64,000 nucleotides of DNA from Heterodontus francisci. Lineage: Eukaryota. Made by a program: the position numbers and the translations under genes. The stretch's first letter is position 1. The number at the start of each line of letters is the position of its first letter. The stretch lies in the NCBI RefSeq assembly GCF_036365525.1, contig NC_090399.1, positions 67,016,862-67,080,861 of the forward strand. The letters are read 5' to 3'. The notes beneath the pieces were generated by a model, which was given only the letters and a program-made list of their open reading frames with translations, was not told the origin of the DNA and did no database searches. Positions 61,419 to 64,000 of the stretch are shown piece by piece.

Positions 61419-63707
61419 TTCTTCTCTTTCTCCTCTTCCTGCCTCCTCCTCTTCTTCTCTTTTTCCTCTTCCTGCCTCCTCATCTTCTCCCGCTCTTCTT
61501 CCACCTCTTCTTCTCCTCTTCCTACCTCCTCTTCTTGTTCCTCCGTGCTTCTCTTCCTCCACTTTTTCCTCCTCCTCTTCTTCCTCCACGTCTTCTCCCT
61601 ACTCCTTTTCCTGCCTCCTCCTCATCTCCCTAGTCATCTTCCTTCCTCCTCCTCTTCCTGCCTTCTCCTCATCTTCCTCCTCCTGTTATTCCTCCTCTTT
61701 CTGCCTCTTTTTCCCCCCCCCCGCTCCTTCTCCTTTCCTCCCCCTCCTCTACTCCTCCTCCCCTTCCTGCCTCCTCTTCTCCTCCTCCAATTCCTCCTCC
61801 TCCTCTTCCTGCTCCACTTCCTGCCACCTCCTCGTCTCCCCCTCCTCTTCTCCTCCTCCTCCCTGCCACCTCCCCTTCTCCTCCTCCAATTCCTCCTCCT
61901 CCTCTTCCTGCCTCCTCTTTTCCTCTTCCTCTTCTCTTCCTGCCTCCTCTTCTCCTCCTCCACTGCCTGCCTCCTCCTCTTCTCCTCCTTGCTCTTCCTC
62001 CTCTTCCTGCCTCCTCCTCTTCCTCTTTGCCTCCTCCTGTCCTCCTCCTCTTCTCCTCTTCTCCTCCTCCTCTTCCTGCCTTCTCTTCTCCTCCTCCTCT
62101 TCCTTTCCACTCCTCTTCGTCTCCTCTTCTTCTCCCTCCTCCTCTTCTCCTCGCCTCTTCCTGCCTCCTCCTCTACCTCCCTTTTCTTCTCCTCCTCTTC
62201 TTTCCCACTCCTCTTCTCCTCCTCCTCCACTCCCTCCGCCTTCTCCTCCTCTTCCTTCCCACTCCTCTTCGCCTCCTCCTCTTCTTCCTGCCTCCTCCTC
62301 TTCTCCTCCTCCTCTTCCTGCCTCCTCTTCCTCTGTGCCTTCTCCTCCTCCTCTTCCTGCCGCCTCTTCTCCTCCGCCTCTTCTTCCTCCTCCTCGTCCC
62401 CTCCTCCTCTTTTCCTCCTCCTATGCCTGCTCCTCCTCTTCCTGCCTCCCCCTCCTGCCTCCTCCTCTTCTTCCTGCCTCCTCCTCTTCCTCCGTGTCTT
62501 CTCCTCCTCCTCTTCCTGCCTCCTCCTCTCCTCCGTGTCTTCTCCTACACCTCTTCTCCCCCTCCTCTTCTCCTCCTCCTTCGGTTTTCCTCCTATTCGT
62601 TTTCTCCTCCTCTTTTCCTCCTCCTCTTCCTGCCTCCTCCTCTCCTCCGTGTCTTCTCCTACTCCTCTTCTCCTCCTCCTTCGGTCTTCCTGCTCCTCGT
62701 CCCCTCCTCCGCTTTTCCTCCTCCTATTCTCCTCCTTCTTTACTCCCCCCCTCTTTGCCTGCTCCTCTTCTTCTCCTCCTCTTCCTGCCTCCTCCTCTTC
62801 CTGCCTCCTCCGCTTCTCTTCCTCCTCCGCTCCTCCGCTTCCTATTCCTGCATCCTCCTCTTCTTCCTCTTCCTCTTCTTCCTCCTCCTCTTGCTGCCTC
62901 CTCTTCTCCTCATCCTCCTCCTCTTCACCTCCTCTTCTCCTCTTCCTGCCTCCTCTTCTCCTGCTCCGCTTCTCCTCCTTCTCTTGTCTTCCTCCTCTTC
63001 TCCTCCTCTTCTCCTCTTCTTCTTCCTCCTCCTCTTCTTCCTCCTCTGCTTCCTGTCTCCTCATCTCCTCCTCTTGCTGCCTCCTTTTCTCGTCCTCCGC
63101 TTCACCTCCTCCTCCTTTTGTCCTCCTCTTATCCTCCTCCTCATCTCCTCCTCCCCTTCCCGCCTCCTCTTCCCGCCCACTCCTCTTCTCCTCCAACTCA
63201 TCTACTCCTCCTCTACTCCTCCTTCTCTCCCTGCCTCCTCCTCTTCCTGCCACCCCCTCTACCTTCCTCCTCTTCCTACCTCCTCCTCTTCCCATCTCCT
63301 CCGCCTCGTCCTGTATCCTCCTCTCCTCCTCCTGTTCTTCCTCCTACTCTTCTCCTCCTCCTCTTCTTCCTCCTTCTCTTCTCTGCTTCCTCTTCCTGCC
63401 TCCTCATCCAGCTGCCGCCTCCTCTTCATCCTCTTCCTCTTCTCCTGCTCCTCTTCCTGCCTCATCCTCTACCTGCCTCCTCCTCTTCCTGCCACCTCCT
63501 CTACCTGCTTCCTCCCCTTCCTGCCTCCTCCTCTTCTACTCCTCCTCCTCTTCCTCTTCCTCTTCCTGTCTCATCCTCTTCCTGCCTCCTCCTCTACCTG
63601 CCTCCTCCTCTTCTTTCTTCTACTCTCATCCCTAATCATCTTCCCGCCTCCTCCTCTTCCTCCTACTCTTCTCCGTCCTCCACCTCTTCCTCCTCCTCTT
63701 CTCCTGT

Positions 63708-64000
63708 GGGGGCGGCACAGTGGCGCAGTGGTTAGCACTGCAGCCTCACAGCTCCAGCGACCCGGGTTCAATTCTGGGTACTGCCTGTGTGGAGTTTGCA
63801 AGTTCTCCCTGTGTGTGCGTGGGTTTCCTCCGGGTGCTCCGGTTTTCTCCCACATGCCAAAGACTTGCAGGTTGATAGGTAAATTGGCCATTAGCAATTG
63901 CCTCCAGTGGTAGGTGGTAGGGAAATATAGGGACAGGTGGGGATGTGGAAGGAATATGGGATTAGTGTAGGATTAGTATAAATGGGTGGTTAATGGTAGG
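63708..64000 (+). mobile_element. HE1-type SINE (copy 3, running to the window edge)
   Basis: Near-identical to 60354-60708. Confidence 0.9.

Larger units (their letters stand above)
54235..64000. repeat. Polypyrimidine (CCT/CTT)-rich low-complexity region organised as a ~3.35-kb tandem segmental repeat (HE1 SINE + N-run + CR1 3' fragment + pyrimidine tract)
   Basis: Near-identical HE1 copies at about 57006, 60354 and 63708; CR1 fragments at 57561-58062 and 60909-61418. N-runs at 55035-55204, 56406-56582, 57393-57560 and 60738-60908. Confidence 0.93.

Noticed and set aside
54177-63913. Long Leu/Pro/Ser- or Glu/Arg-rich ORFs
   Set aside because: Low-complexity CCT/CTT repeats lack stops; no domain content.

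Overview
This is vertebrate genomic DNA, almost certainly from a cartilaginous fish (HE1-type tRNA-derived SINEs, shark-type CR1 and Penelope elements, shark-type MHC class I sequence). The only host gene is a + strand MHC class I heavy-chain gene. Its exons are alpha1 17173-17433, alpha2 22528-22800, alpha3 27462-27725, TM 28480-28584 and a Tyr-bearing cytoplasmic exon 38060-38092, with a probable terminal exon from 38952 and a polyA signal near 40757. All junctions are GT-AG and phase 1, and the joined frame is open. The leader exon is not in the window. Positions 1-17147 are a >=17 kb 24/26/31-bp satellite whose unit looks like a 3' splice acceptor, and it ends 25 nt before the alpha1 acceptor. 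Introns 2, 4 and 5 each carry their own tandem repeat (a ~60-bp CCAAT/GC-box unit, a 47/51-bp unit and a 72-bp G-rich unit). The rest is nested transposon debris: Penelope-like elements with hammerhead ribozyme motifs, CR1-group LINEs (one with a tRNA-like 5' head), HE1 SINEs, hAT and Harbinger relics, a Gypsy LTR element and an RTE fragment. A pyrimidine-rich ~3.35-kb tandem segmental repeat with N-runs occupies 54.2-64 kb. The long ORFs in the satellite and low-complexity regions are repeat artefacts.
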